This document shows, in pieces, positions 52,910 to 64,000 of a stretch of DNA of 64,000 nucleotides (positions are counted from its first letter, which is position 1; every line of letters begins with the position of its first letter). The notes below the pieces were generated by a model. It was not told where the DNA came from, did not search any database, and saw only the letters and a program-made list of their open reading frames with translations. The position numbers were made by a program, and so were the translations under genes. Origin of the DNA: Geosiphon pyriformis uo1 (lineage: Eukaryota > Fungi > Glomeromycota); the NCBI GenBank assembly GCA_016748015.1, contig JAAOMT010000439.1, positions 393,527-457,526 on the forward strand. The letters run 5' to 3'.

Positions 52910-55900
52910 TTTTTTCTCTCTTCTATCCCAAATTCCTTAAATAGTGCACTTTCTGAAAAAAGTTTTTTGGTTTTTTATCTGTTCTTATCTTTTATTTTGC
53001 TTGGTTTTCACAATTTTTCAACTCACCAATCTCTTTATTGTCCCTTTAGTGTTTGATGCTGTCAACACTATGTCCACAAAAAAATTGGCCAGAGATGTCA
53101 CTACGAGCTCTGTAAGTGAAAGTCTAAGGCAAAAACCTAAGGTTTTGCTTGGCAAAATCAAACACTCAGGTGATGAAGCTGATTTAACTTACAAACTACC
53201 TGTAAGCACTTCTGGTCAATATGAGAATATAGATACCTCTTACAATGAAAAGTTGGAGTATAAGATAGACAAAAGACATGAGCTATGATGCTGGCAGTGA
53301 GAGTGATGGGCAGTTGGACTCTTGTACCAACACCCCAAAGGCAAAATGTTTTGACTCTGGTACGGTAAATGCTCTATCTCTGGGCCTTTGTGATTTTGGC
53401 TCAGCCATTAATGACTTTGATATGGGCTTATCTCCCCCTGTTTCTTTGAGACCCCCTCATTGTCCTGTTGTTTCTGTCAAGAAAAAACTCTGTTTTGAAC
53501 CTACCAAATCTTTTGCACTTGACATTGGTCTGTTGGCTGTTCCTAGAAGTACTTTATGTGACAAACTCAAGGGTGTTAAGTCACTATTCTACAAAATTGA
53601 CAGTTTTGGAAATGCATTGACTTCTTCGAAATTTCCAGACATCATTTGAGCATCTTTTACATCTGATTCCAGTTTCGCTATGGCTAAACAATTGGCTGTG
53701 TCTAAGAATTTTGTCGTCAACACTAATCTCAAAAAAATTGGCATACATTCAGATCGGAAAATTGTTATCAAGGAAATTTCAGTCGATCTGCCCAAATCAG
53801 CAATCAAATCTGTTTTGGTTAAGTATAGAAAAATTTTTTCAATCAAAGTGCAGCTTATTGGCCTTTAACAGAAAGTGCTAGTGGAATTCAAAAGTTCTCA
53901 AGTCACTGATCTGATTGCGTCTAAATGGTCAATCTTGCTAAATAAGGATTTGGTGCATGTTACCAAAGCCAATACTGACAAACAAACGTGAGATTTAAGA
54001 GACACTATCATGCTCTTCTATACACTCTGCCAATAGGCATGACTGCCCACAATCTCTCAGACTTGGTCCAGTTGTATGGTGGGAAAACTTACTATATTTC
54101 TAGGAATTTAGTATCTTATGCACAAGTCTACTGTACTGTCATATGTTTTGATTTTAATAATGCCAAAGAAGCTGCCATTTGCTCTATGCTAGTGTTTAGG
54201 GGTGTCAACCTTATTTGGGCTGGTTTGTCTTCTTCTAAGTGTACTGCATGTGAGAATTTTGGTTACGTTTCGTCTAACTGTGAAAGTAGTGAGAAAAACA
54301 GTGGACAGAGTTCTAGGAAAAAAAGATTTCTCTGTTTTGATTTGAATAAGAGGTGCCTTGTGCTCATTTATGCCAAAAAGCAGGCATCTGTATCTTGTCC
54401 AGTATTCTTCAGTGGTATGACTTAGGCTTTTGTGGTAAGTGGCTCCCCTAAAAATTCATATTCTATACCATTTGTTGGGAACAATTTGAGCATAGGTTTA
54501 GTTGACAGTTTGATGCCTGCAGTTACAATTCTGGCTTTGTGTGTTAGTGTTCTCAAGCATTTGCTTGAGAATGTGTTGGATCAGGTAATAAACATTTCAC
54601 ATAAACTGGACAGGTTGTTGGCTATTTTGTTAGTGAATTTTGCTGTTCCATCCTCTCCCGAACATAATCCTGTGTTGGACATGACTGTTGACACTTTATT
54701 GTTCGTTTTCCCTGTGCCTAGTGTGATCACTGCCATCTCACAAGAAATTTCTTCAAGTGGTGCTCATGTTTTAACTGCAAAAGTAGGTGGCCTGGAGGCT
54801 AATCTGGCAGTTCTGGAGAATTTAGTTAAGGCGATATTGAATAAATTGAACTCTTTTACAGGATAATATTATTAGATGGCACATGGTTTCAAATAATGAT
54901 ATTTCAATAGTTACTGAGACTAAGCTTTGCTTCAGCATCAAGCCTTGGATTGTGAATAAGTTTCTTAGTATAAAAGTGTTTACTTCAGGTCTAGATGTTG
55001 GGTTTTTGGGTGTGGGCATGGCTTTAATCATGAATGAGAAGTTAACCAAACATGTTTCAAAAATCTCTGAAATTCTGGACAGACTTTTGATGATTTGTTT
55101 GTTATTCAAAAACAAACAATCTGTTTCTGTGTTGGGTTTATATGTGGAGGCTTCTCTGAATAAGCATATAATTTAGGCTGGTCTTGTCAATTTCTTTATA
55201 GCCAGAGCTTGTAATAAAAGTACTTTTGTTATTTTGGGTGGTAATTTCAATGAGAATAAGAACAAACGTAGCTTTAGCTTTAGTAAGTGTGTGGATTTTG
55301 GTCTAGTCAATACATTGGTTAACAGTTTTCACATTAAGGCTTCTACTTGGAGGAATTTCAGGGGTGTTGAAAGGACTATTAATTACATTTTTGTTTCTCA
55401 AAGTTTGAGCAATGCTTTAGTAAAGAGGTGTGTTGTTGATGTGAATGAATTTTTTAACACTGATCATAGTTCTGTTCAAATCACAATTGGTCTTGGTGGA
55501 ATTTTGGATCCTCTTTTAAGAACTATTCATGTTCAAGCCAATAAAAACAAGTGAAAGTTTAATGTCAAAAATGCTGATGAGATTAAATGGAAGTGGTATA
55601 GAATTGCATCTTGTGATAATTTTGCCATGTTTTCTGATAAGTTTACAGACTCTTATAGCTTATCTGATCTGGATAGCATGTAGAGTATTATTCACAAAGC
55701 CATTTGTTTTTCAGCGAATGAAGTTTTCTCAAAGATCTGGTCTAAAAATTTTGATAGTGATTTTACCAAGAGCTCTTTGCACTATCATAGATTGAAACTT
55801 TTGGTTTCTAAGTTGATGAAGGCTTCATGTTCTGTGTTGTCAATTGAATTTGTCTCTTTGTTGAATGTTTGGGTATCTTTGGACTCTGTTAATGCTTCTA

Positions 55901-56231
55901 TTATTAAATCTTTTTTTCTTTTGGGATCTCATTTTGATGCTATTAGATCAGCTTTGGCAAAAGTTAGAAAGTCTTATTGTTCCCTCAAAATAATAGAATC
56001 AAAACATGCTAGGAACTCTCAAATCAGGCTAGCAATTGACAAAAAGATAGAGAACTTTGAATTAAATAAAGACCAAACTATTAGAAATGTACTTGAGCGG
56101 CCATTTCACAAAGTCACATTGAATTATTTGGTTGTGGATGAAGATCTCATTTTGAAGCCTGGTTTGGTCAAGAGTCATGTCAATAGAATTATGGAGAGCT
56201 GGACTAAAAAGTATATAACAGCTAATAACAT
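52910..56231 (+). mobile_element. 5' half of a LINE (third subfamily), interrupted by the family B LTR element
   Basis: ORF1 IVIKEISVDLPKSAIKSVL and KCTACENFGYVSSNC. APE ETKL, GGNFNE and NTDH. Stops abruptly at the LTR at 56232. Head-to-head with the preceding LINE. Confidence 0.9.
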
Positions 56232-57166
56232 TGTTACTAGAGATTTTTGGTCTCTTTTCTTGAATGTTGTTGATGCCTGTTTGCTGTGAATTCACGTTTT
56301 CTGGATGTGGTTGAACCTCCAGTAACTGAATTTATCTTCAAATTATCTTCTATAATTTGAACTGCTGGGCTTATAAGTGGAATAGCCAATTCCTTGCCAG
56401 TTACTTTATGTAGTTATGTTGTAGTAAACGTCAACTTTTTCCTAAGAATTGCTTGTCTAGAAGCTTACTAAAATGTATAGTTACTTTGCTGTGAAAGTCA
56501 ACTCTTCTACAGGAATCTTGTCTGTAGACTACCCTAATGATTGTAATAAGAAAAGAAAAGAAAAGAAAAATAAAAGAAATGTAAAAGAAATAGAATTTTG
56601 TCAAAAGAAACATTTTTTATCCAGGCCTGAAGTCACTAACAGATTATTGAAATTGGTAGCTAATCAATTTCAAAACTTTTAGTTGGGTTTTGAGAATTTT
56701 CCAAGTGCAATAATTAAAGAATTTGGTTTTTTGAATTATTTAATATTTATTTCTTTTTGTGTGTGTAGGAATGGTTCTAAGTAATAAATCTAAAGCAAGA
56801 TACATTTTCTCAAAGAGAGAAGTTCTTCTTTTATACAACTTGTCATAACACTATTCTATGAACTTGAACTTTGTTATTTTCTACAATTTCGCTGAACTAA
56901 AGATACATTTCGGCAAACTACAAGTTATTTCTGCAAACTATTAGATATTTCGGTAAACTATCAATTATTTCAGCGAATTTCTATAAATTTCGGCAAACTT
57001 TTGAATGTTATATAGTTCAAGGTATTGCATAATTGATCATCGCAATTAGGTTACATTTGTTGTGTACAATTTGGGTTATTAATTAAATGATAATATATGC
57101 TAATTAATGATAGGAATTATAAGATAGTTTCATGCTAAATAATATCTCTAATTTTGTCTGGTAACA
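56232..57166 (-). repeat. Family B 3' LTR (935 bp)
   Basis: Inverted termini TGTTAC...GTAACA. Homologous to the solo LTR at 10410-11372. PPT GAGGAGGAGG (minus strand) at ~57170-57179. Confidence 0.93.
56886..57000. repeat. Six-unit 20-bp tandem array, ATTTCGGCAAACTA-N6
   Basis: Units start at 56886, 56907, 56927, 56947, 56967 and 56987. Confidence 0.9.
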
Positions 57167-57854
57167 TAACCTCCTCCTCAAGACTGAGCTCCATCGAAGT
57201 CCAAGTACTGTTTGTTATTTCCAGATAATAATCCAAAATTATTGAAGAAATTTGGTCTGAAAATTGTTGAAATTTCAGTTCTGTGAGCTTTTCAATGTAT
57301 TGAATCTTCAAAGGTTGAAAAATTGGATTTTGTAGTACGTTTTCACAGATATAAAATAGGTCATAAAGTCTAAGAGCAGCTCTGAGCCTGTAGCAACTGT
57401 TTGTTGATCCAGCTGTTGTCTTGAATTCGTTGTAGAGTTGTTTCTGAATAGCTTCTTTTGTGAGATTTGCTGTTGTAAGTTCCAGTTTCCGTTCGTAGAG
57501 TGTTTTTCCAATGTGAAAATATCTATAGATTGGAGGATATTCAGTGTTTTCCTCATTGAGGCACAGTTGAAGTCTTTGTTGAATTGTAGCATTTGGTGGA
57601 ATACTAATCGGAGTGAGCATTAGATTTTCTCTTAAAGCAAGCTTTAAAAGTTCTGGCAGGTGAATTCCAGTATAACTTTTTGTGTTCTTTTTATACAGGT
57701 GATATTTTTGTGAATTTGGGGCTAAATTTGTAACTACTTCTGTTTGGGTATAATTAATATGGTTTCTAGTAACAATAATGGACAATTCGGGTATTGTTTT
57801 TAAAGCTAACATTAGTTTTTGAGATAATTGTTGAATGTTTTGAGGAATAGTCAT
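57135..57854 (-). CDS. Family B ORF3, uninterrupted 239-aa protein of unknown function
   Basis: Open from ATG at 57854 (the track starts at an upstream TTG, 57863) through the PPT to a stop inside the LTR. A homologous remnant is present in family A. Confidence 0.75.
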   Translation of the reverse strand: MTIPQNIQQLSQKLMLALKTIPELSIIVTRNHINYTQTEVVTNLAPNSQKYHLYKKNTKSYTGIHLPELLKLALRENLMLTPISIPPNATIQQRLQLCLNEENTEYPPIYRYFHIGKTLYERKLELTTANLTKEAIQKQLYNEFKTTAGSTNSCYRLRAALRLYDLFYICENVLQNPIFQPLKIQYIEKLTELKFQQFSDQISSIILDYYLEITNSTWTSMELSLEEEVMLPDKIRDII

Positions 57855-57998
57855 TATAAGCAATTTGAAATAAAAGAAAATTATTTTATTTTATTTATTT
57901 ATTTATTTTTTGGTGCATGGGTTTTTATGTTATTTTTGTTTTGTTTTTGTGAGATTGTTTCTAAATTATAAGAAGATAACTATAATAATAAATTTAAA

Positions 57999-59384
57999 TT
58001 AAGTGTTCAAGTTGGGAGGCTGTTCAATGACAACTACTGGTTCTAAATTTCGGAGAATGTCTTTGGGATTGATTAAAGGGGAATGTGTACTAATTTGTGA
58101 AATTAATGGTTCAGGATTGTTTCTGAAATTATAGTGTTTCAAACAATCTCCATGTACAACTTTTGCTAGAATTTTGTCATCAAGTCTTAGCTTGTATGAT
58201 CCATTGCCTAAAACTTTATGGATAAAGAATAGTCCATCCCATTTATTTTCAAATTTTCCACTCCATTGTTTTTCAGCTTTAGTTCTGTGTAAGAGAACTT
58301 TGTTTCCGATTTTAAATTTATTGGTGACTGGAGGCAATTTGTCATCATGCCGTTCTTTTTGTCGAGCTTAGGAGTTTTCAATATGGGTGGCTGCTATTCA
58401 TTATTTTCCTTCCAACGTGCTAAGCAGAGTGTAGATTCCTCATTAAAGTGTTTCCTGAAAATTGTTTTTATTGATTGGTTGTGCTGGGTATGTTTCTACT
58501 GTGAACTTAATTGGTAGCATTGCTGTCCTTCCATAAGTTAAATTAAATGGTGTGTGTTTTGTGGTATCTTGTTTTAGTGTTCTATATGCTAGTAACACTG
58601 ATGAAATAAAGATATCTCATTCTTGTTCAAAATCGGTTGAGACTTTGGCTAATGACTCACACAATGTTCTGTTAAAACATTTCACAAGTCTATTTGTTTG
58701 TGGATGGTAGGGCGAAGACAGAGGTCTTTTAACATTGAATCGTTTGCAAATTTCTTGTATTAGGTTGTTCACAAAATGTGTCCCCTGATCAGATAAAAGT
58801 TCAATTGGACATCTGTGTCTACAAATGATGTCTTTGTAGATAAAATTTGCTACTAATTTCACATCTGCTCGTTGAATGGCTCTGGCTTTGGGCCATTTAA
58901 TAAGATAGTCTACAGCTACTGTAATATAATGGTTTCCTTGAGTGGTGATAGATAATGGTTCAACTAAATCGATACCAACTTGGTTAAAGAGTTGTCCAAC
59001 TTTAATTGGATTTAATGGTTCAGTAGGACATGTTCCTCCTCTTTTTTGACAATTATCACAAGATTCGACATATTCGTGAATGTCTTTCCTCATTCAAGGC
59101 CAAAAGTAGTATTCTAGTGTTCTTTGGGTGGCGCTATCTTTTCCAAAGTGTGCTGATGAAGGATCTGAGTGCATATTGTATAATATGGTCTCTTTTTCCT
59201 GTTCTTGTATTAATCTGAGTGGTTTGTCTGGGTTTTTGAAATTTCGATAATAAATAATATTGTTGTATAGAAAATATTGTTTGGCTTGTTGTTGTAGTCG
59301 ATGTTTTTCATCTGGAGACCAATTTGTTGGGATTGTTAATGTTTCCAAATATTGTTTGAGATTGTTGTAGTTTTTTGAATTCAT
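57999..59384 (-). pseudogene. Integrase (HHCC, DDE, GPY/F-like C-terminus, no evident chromodomain)
   Basis: MHSDPSSAHFG...CDNCQK, VGIDLV, LLSDQGTHF, SPYHPQTNRLVK and KWDGLFFIHKVLGNGSYKL, with stops. Confidence 0.92.
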
Positions 59385-59439
59385 TGTTTGTTGGCTCTTT
59401 TGGTTGGTTAAATTGAGTGTTGGTTTTTGTTTTCTAATC

Positions 59440-60800
59440 TTGTCTCATTCTGGAGAGACAGTTAACATTGGTGTGGAGTTTTCCTGGTTTGTGATGTATT
59501 ATGTATTGATAGTTTGCTAGAAATCCTGTCCATCAAGTTTGTTTTGCATTCAGCTGAGTATTTTTGTTCTGAAGCCATTTGAGTCCAATATTATCAGTGA
59601 TAATATCAAATTCTTTAGGCCTGAGATAAAGGTTGAAGTGGTGTAGGGCCCAAATTACGGCTGCTGTTTTTAGTTCTGTGGCAGGGTAGTTTTTCTCAGC
59701 TGGTTTTAATGTTCTGCTAGCATAAGCAATTACTCACTCATTTCCATTGTCATCTAGTTGTGATAAGATGGCACCAAAGGCAGTATATAAAGCATCTGTA
59801 GCTAGTTGAAATCGGTTGCTAAAATCCGGGTAGGCGAGGATTGGAGCTGTTGTCAGTTTTTCCTTGAGAATTTCAAAAGCTTTTTGGTGTTCAGTAGTCT
59901 ATTTGTATTCAATGTTTTTGGTGGTGAGCTGGTTGAGGGGTTTTGCAATTTCCAAGAATCCTTTGATAAACTTCTGATAGTAGGATGCTAATCCTATGAA
60001 TCCTCTTAGTTCTGTAGTATTTTGTGAAACTTTGAAGTTCTTAACAGTACTGATTTTTCCTGGATCTGGTTTGACTTCTTCTTCACTAACTATGTGACCA
60101 AGAAAGGCCAGACTTGTTTTTTCAAAATGGCATTTCTCAATGTTTAGTTTTAATTCTGCTCTATGTAATCGTTGAAAAACTTCTTGCAGGTAAATTAAAT
60201 GAAGTTCGAAAGATGGGGAATAAACATCAGTGTCATTAAGATAGACAACTACTGATTTCCAAAGGAGTCCAGCATATACAATATCCATGAGTCTTTGGAA
60301 TGTTGCTGGCACATTACATAATCCAAAGGGCATTACATTAAATTCGTAGTTTTCTTTTTGTGTTGTGAATGCTGTTTTGGGGCAGTTCTTGGGATCCATG
60401 GCAACTTGCCAGTATTCGCTTTCTAGGTCTAATGTTGAAAAGTATTTAGATTTTTCAAGGGCATCTAACATGTCATCGATTTGCAGAAGAGGGTAAGCAT
60501 TCCCAATAGTGACACTGTTGAGTTGTCAATAATCAACACAAAATTGTATTTTTCCATTCTTCTTTTTAACTAGGACCACTGGTGAGGCTCATGAACTCAT
60601 TGATGGTTGGATAAGCCCATTGTTAAGCATCTGTTGTATTTCTTCTCAGATAAATTGGTGGCTTTCTGGAGCAACTCAGTAGGCTTGTTGTTGCCTTGGT
60701 TTGGCATCTCCTGTATAGATTTGGTGTTGCACCAAATTGGTTCTTCCTAAGTCATTGTTGTTTTCAGCAAAGATATTGGCAAAATCTGCAATTAGTTTCT
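59440..60800 (-). pseudogene. Reverse transcriptase and RNase H
   Basis: FSTLDLESEYWQ, VMPFGLCNVPATFQ, VVYLNDT and LATDALYTAFGAILSQ. Confidence 0.93.
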
Positions 60801-61269
60801 TGAGCTGGTTTTGTTGTTGTGGTTCAAGTTGTCCCATGTTGATTTGAGATAGTTTTTCTATAACAATATGGTAGTTTTCGAAACTGGAATTTGGGTTGAT
60901 TTTTGGTAGTGAATGTTCAATAATTTCAGAAAAATCAGGGACTGTTTGGGGTAATTTTTGTTGAAAGATGTTACTGTGAATGATTCCAATTTCTAAGTTA
61001 TTTAATAAAACTATGGGATAATTGTTGGGATTGTAAAAAGTAACTCAGACTTTCTTTGTTCCTTCTGGAATATAAATGTTTAGAATTAAGATATTATGTT
61101 TCAAGCTGATTTGTTCGTTTGATTCAAAAATTTGTTGTGTAGTTGTTGGCTTTTCACAAATGTAAATTTCAAGGTGTTCTCCAAAGGGTGAAATAGTAAT
61201 TGGTTGTGGAAGTTGTAAAATCTGGTGAGATTCTTTCTGTTCATTGAGAGCTATGTTTACTGGAACTGT

Positions 61270-61700
61270 AAAATGTTTAGTTGAACCAAAACCTTTTGTT
61301 CCTCTTTCGCTTTTTTCCAACTGTTTTCTTTGATTAACTAATTGTAAACCCAAAATGTTGATTAAGGGTAAATAGATAGCTTGAGCAATTTTTTCAGCAT
61401 ATCCAATTTTGAAAGGTTTATCAGTTTCATTTTGTAACATGACTGTGATGTTTCCTGTGTATTCAGCATCGATGATTCCTCCTCTAACATTGATTCTTTT
61501 GCTTGCCAAGGATGATTGAGAAGCAATTTGAACCATTGCTCCTGGTGGGATTTCGAGGGCAATTTTGAGGTTAATTTTTGTAAAAGGTTTGGGTTTGAGA
61601 GTAAGAGTATTTTTTCCTGAATATCTTAGATCATATCCAGTATCAATCTCGTGGGCTTTTTCTGGTTTTATTTCTTGTCCATTGTTGTTGAAATATTTGA
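61270..61700 (-). pseudogene. dUTPase domain in pol between protease and RT
   Basis: PEKAHEIDTGYDL, ASQSSLAS, GGIIDAEYTGNI, EKIAQAI and SERGTKGFGST are all five trimeric dUTPase motifs. Confidence 0.93.
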
Positions 61701-62639
61701 GTTGTAAAGCAGACTGATTTTCGATGAGATAGGTAAGTGTTGTCTCAATTTTTTCTGTCGCTTCAAGTTCTCTGAATTTAATTTCGTATTCATCATTTTT
61801 GCTGGGCAAGGGAATGCTAAGAGTGTAGCATTCAGGACACCACTGTTCATCACAAGACATAATGCATTCTTCACATAGCCTAATGTTCATTTGCTCTAAT
61901 TGTTGAATTTGAGCTTCTTGGGTTGAGTAGGTGTGACTTGCGATTTAGTGGTAGACTTCTACTTCGTCTTCATAATTGAATCCAGCTAATTCCATGGTAT
62001 ATTCAATATATTCTGCTTCCTTCATTTGGCGAACATCTTCTTTGGTAGCTCCATTAATTAATGCCATTGCTAAGTCGAAAATTATTTTGGCATCATGGGA
62101 GTAGTGATAAAGTTTGTTGAGAGCACTGTTGTATGCTGCATTAAAGAGTGTTCCTCTTTTTACTTTTTCTGAAATTGATAAAGCATATTGGCAGGTCTGA
62201 TTGCAGACTTCTTCTCTCATGGCTACATCAATCCAATTGCATTCTTCTGGTAGCATATCTCCACAAGTCAAACAAGGGGTGTTGTTCTATTTTCCGCTCT
62301 TTTTTATTAGATGACCCCATCATTCTCTGTGGCAAGCCTTGCAGTAATAACAAGTATGATTTTCATATTTTTCTTCAGGTGAAATGCAGGCTCCCATTGA
62401 CAATAGTTTCTTGTGGCAGTCCTTACATTTAAGGGGAATATAGGGGCGTTGTTTCCTTGGTTCAGGTTTTGAGTAAGGGATATTCCATTCAGTGGTTTCA
62501 GGTTCAGAGTGTGGGGTAAAATGTTCTTGTTCTGTTTCATCAGCCCAGTTGGACGTTGATCCAAGAGCCATGAATGTTTCAATGAGGGGTTTTTTCTCTT
62601 CCAGTTCAAATTCAAAAGCTGGGGCTTTTTCAGAGCATT

Positions 62640-63030
62640 TGTTGAATGTACCACAAGTGGCAGGTACCCGAGCTTGTTGTCCTTGGTAGGAGATTGTTAA
62701 TTCTTGTGTTTCCCAATTCAGATTAGTATTGGCTTTTTGAAGCCAATCATTTCTGACAAGAGCTTGGTACTGGGGTGTGTCCATTACAAGAACTTTGACT
62801 GAAATGGTGATTCCATCAAGAGTGAACAGAAAATTGTCAATTTCTCCTACTGGGGTCTTTTTCATGCCATCAGCAGTGACGATTACTGTTTGAGCTGGTC
62901 AGTCGACATTTCTTTTCAACTGTTGTATTAACTGGTAGGTGATAATGCTTCTGGTGGATCCACTGTCTAGGATCAAGCAAATTGTCTTTCCTTCGACTTT
63001 AGTTTTAGTGTACATGGCTGTAATTGCTTT
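62640..63030 (-). pseudogene. Retropepsin-like aspartic protease
   Basis: ICLILDSGST and YQALVRNDWL (equivalent to ILGxDWL). Confidence 0.88.
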
Positions 63031-63234
63031 TTGTTCATTGGCAGCTGCATTACTAAGCAGAAATGGTGACTTATTTGCTTTGAACTCAAAAGAGAATATA
63101 TCTGAAAGGTTAGCGTTTTCAGCAATTCTGGCTGGTGGGATTGTGGTGGGAGTATAGGAAGAGTTTTGTTGTTGTTGTGCTACAGCTCTACCTTCCGAAG
63201 GTGCAGTATGGTGAAAATTCTGTTCTTCTGGCAT

Positions 63235-64000
63235 TGTTAAATAACTGGATTGAGTATGGTAGTGGTTGGGTCTTGGGTGAGTGAAATTTCGGGGAGCTAA
63301 TTGGTTGTTCGAACCGATTCTATTATTGTTTACTTGGTATTGGTTTTGTGGAGTGAGTTGATTTTGTGTAATCAGTCTTCGAGCAGGTACTGGATAATGT
63401 TGTGTAGGTGGTTGCTGGTATTGTTGTTGGATTGGCTGTGAAGTGGGCTGATAATAGTTATTTTGGTATTGGAGTCTTGGTGGATAGTAAGCTGGTGGTG
63501 GCAGTTGATAATAAGATTGCTGTAGTGGAGGGTAACGTTGATTACTTCTATTTTGTTGGTCTCATTGTAGCTTTCTGCAATCTCTTTTCCAGTGGCCAGA
63601 GATTCCACAGTAATGGCAATTCTGAGACTGGTTATTAAAAAGTGGTGCAAAATTATTTTGATTTCGTCTTTGGAGTGGTTGATATCTTTGAAGTTGCTGT
63701 TGTTGTTGATTGGTAAAATAGTTTTCAACCTTCTTTGTGAGTTGGTCAATTTTTTCCTTAGCTGCTGAGCTGGTTTCTCCAATTGCCAAATTTATAAGTT
63801 TTGTGCGATTGGCCTCTTCCATGGCCATTTTGTATTTTTTTGCATGCTGTATGGCAGAGTTTAAATCTTCTGGTGCATGTGGGCGAATCTTTTTAATTAG
63901 TTTATCTTTTAGACCAACAATAAATTGATCCAAGATTTGAGCATCAGAATAATAATCATTTGTTTCGAGTTGGCGAATTTGTCTGAGAAGTTTGTTGAAT
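63235..64000 (-). pseudogene. gag C-terminal part with zinc knuckle and Q/P-rich linker
   Basis: QILDQFIVGL and CHYCGISGHWKRDC (CX2CX4HX4C). Confidence 0.9.

Larger units (their letters stand above)
56232..64000 (-). mobile_element. Ty3/gypsy LTR retrotransposon, family B (least decayed; 5' end beyond the window)
   Basis: 3' LTR, PPT, ORF3, IN, RH, RT, dUTPase, Cys-rich insert, protease and gag with a CCHC knuckle, in gypsy order. Confidence 0.95.

Noticed and set aside
56886-57000. CRISPR-like repeat-spacer appearance
   Set aside because: Units are only 20 bp with 6-nt spacers, lie inside an LTR, have no cas genes nearby and are in a eukaryotic context.
57135-57863. ORF3 as a retroviral envelope gene
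   Set aside because: No visible signal peptide, furin site, fusion peptide or TM anchor, and it is too short.

Overview
This is eukaryotic (fungal) genomic DNA. The style of the TE proteins and genes suggests an early-diverging fungus, most likely Glomeromycotina (Geosiphon-like); that assignment is inference from recall, not checked. Two intron-rich, CpG-containing housekeeping genes lie on the minus strand: the condensin kleisin BRN1/Cnd2 (20359-23285) and VID27 (41596-45064). They sit as islands among nested, transition-mutated transposons. The transposons are three Ty3/gypsy LTR families (A, B, C), one Tc1 DNA transposon with TIRs and a TA duplication, and at least seven copies or fragments of an RNase H-bearing LINE. 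Families A and B have a layout reminiscent of complex retroviruses: gag-PR-(Cys-rich insert)-dUTPase-RT-RH-IN, then an extra 3' ORF3 that is homologous between the two families and runs over the polypurine tract into the 3' LTR. Their LTRs carry family-specific tandem arrays of about 20 or 40 bp period, and they make 4-bp RYRY target duplications. The repeats show heavy C->T/G->A change that by eye favours CpG and TpC/GpA and tends to spare ApC. It ends in near-pure AT deserts, one of which still holds a recognisable LTR relic. Most short ORFs in the track are fragments or antisense shadows of these decayed elements. Coordinates of decayed domains are approximate.
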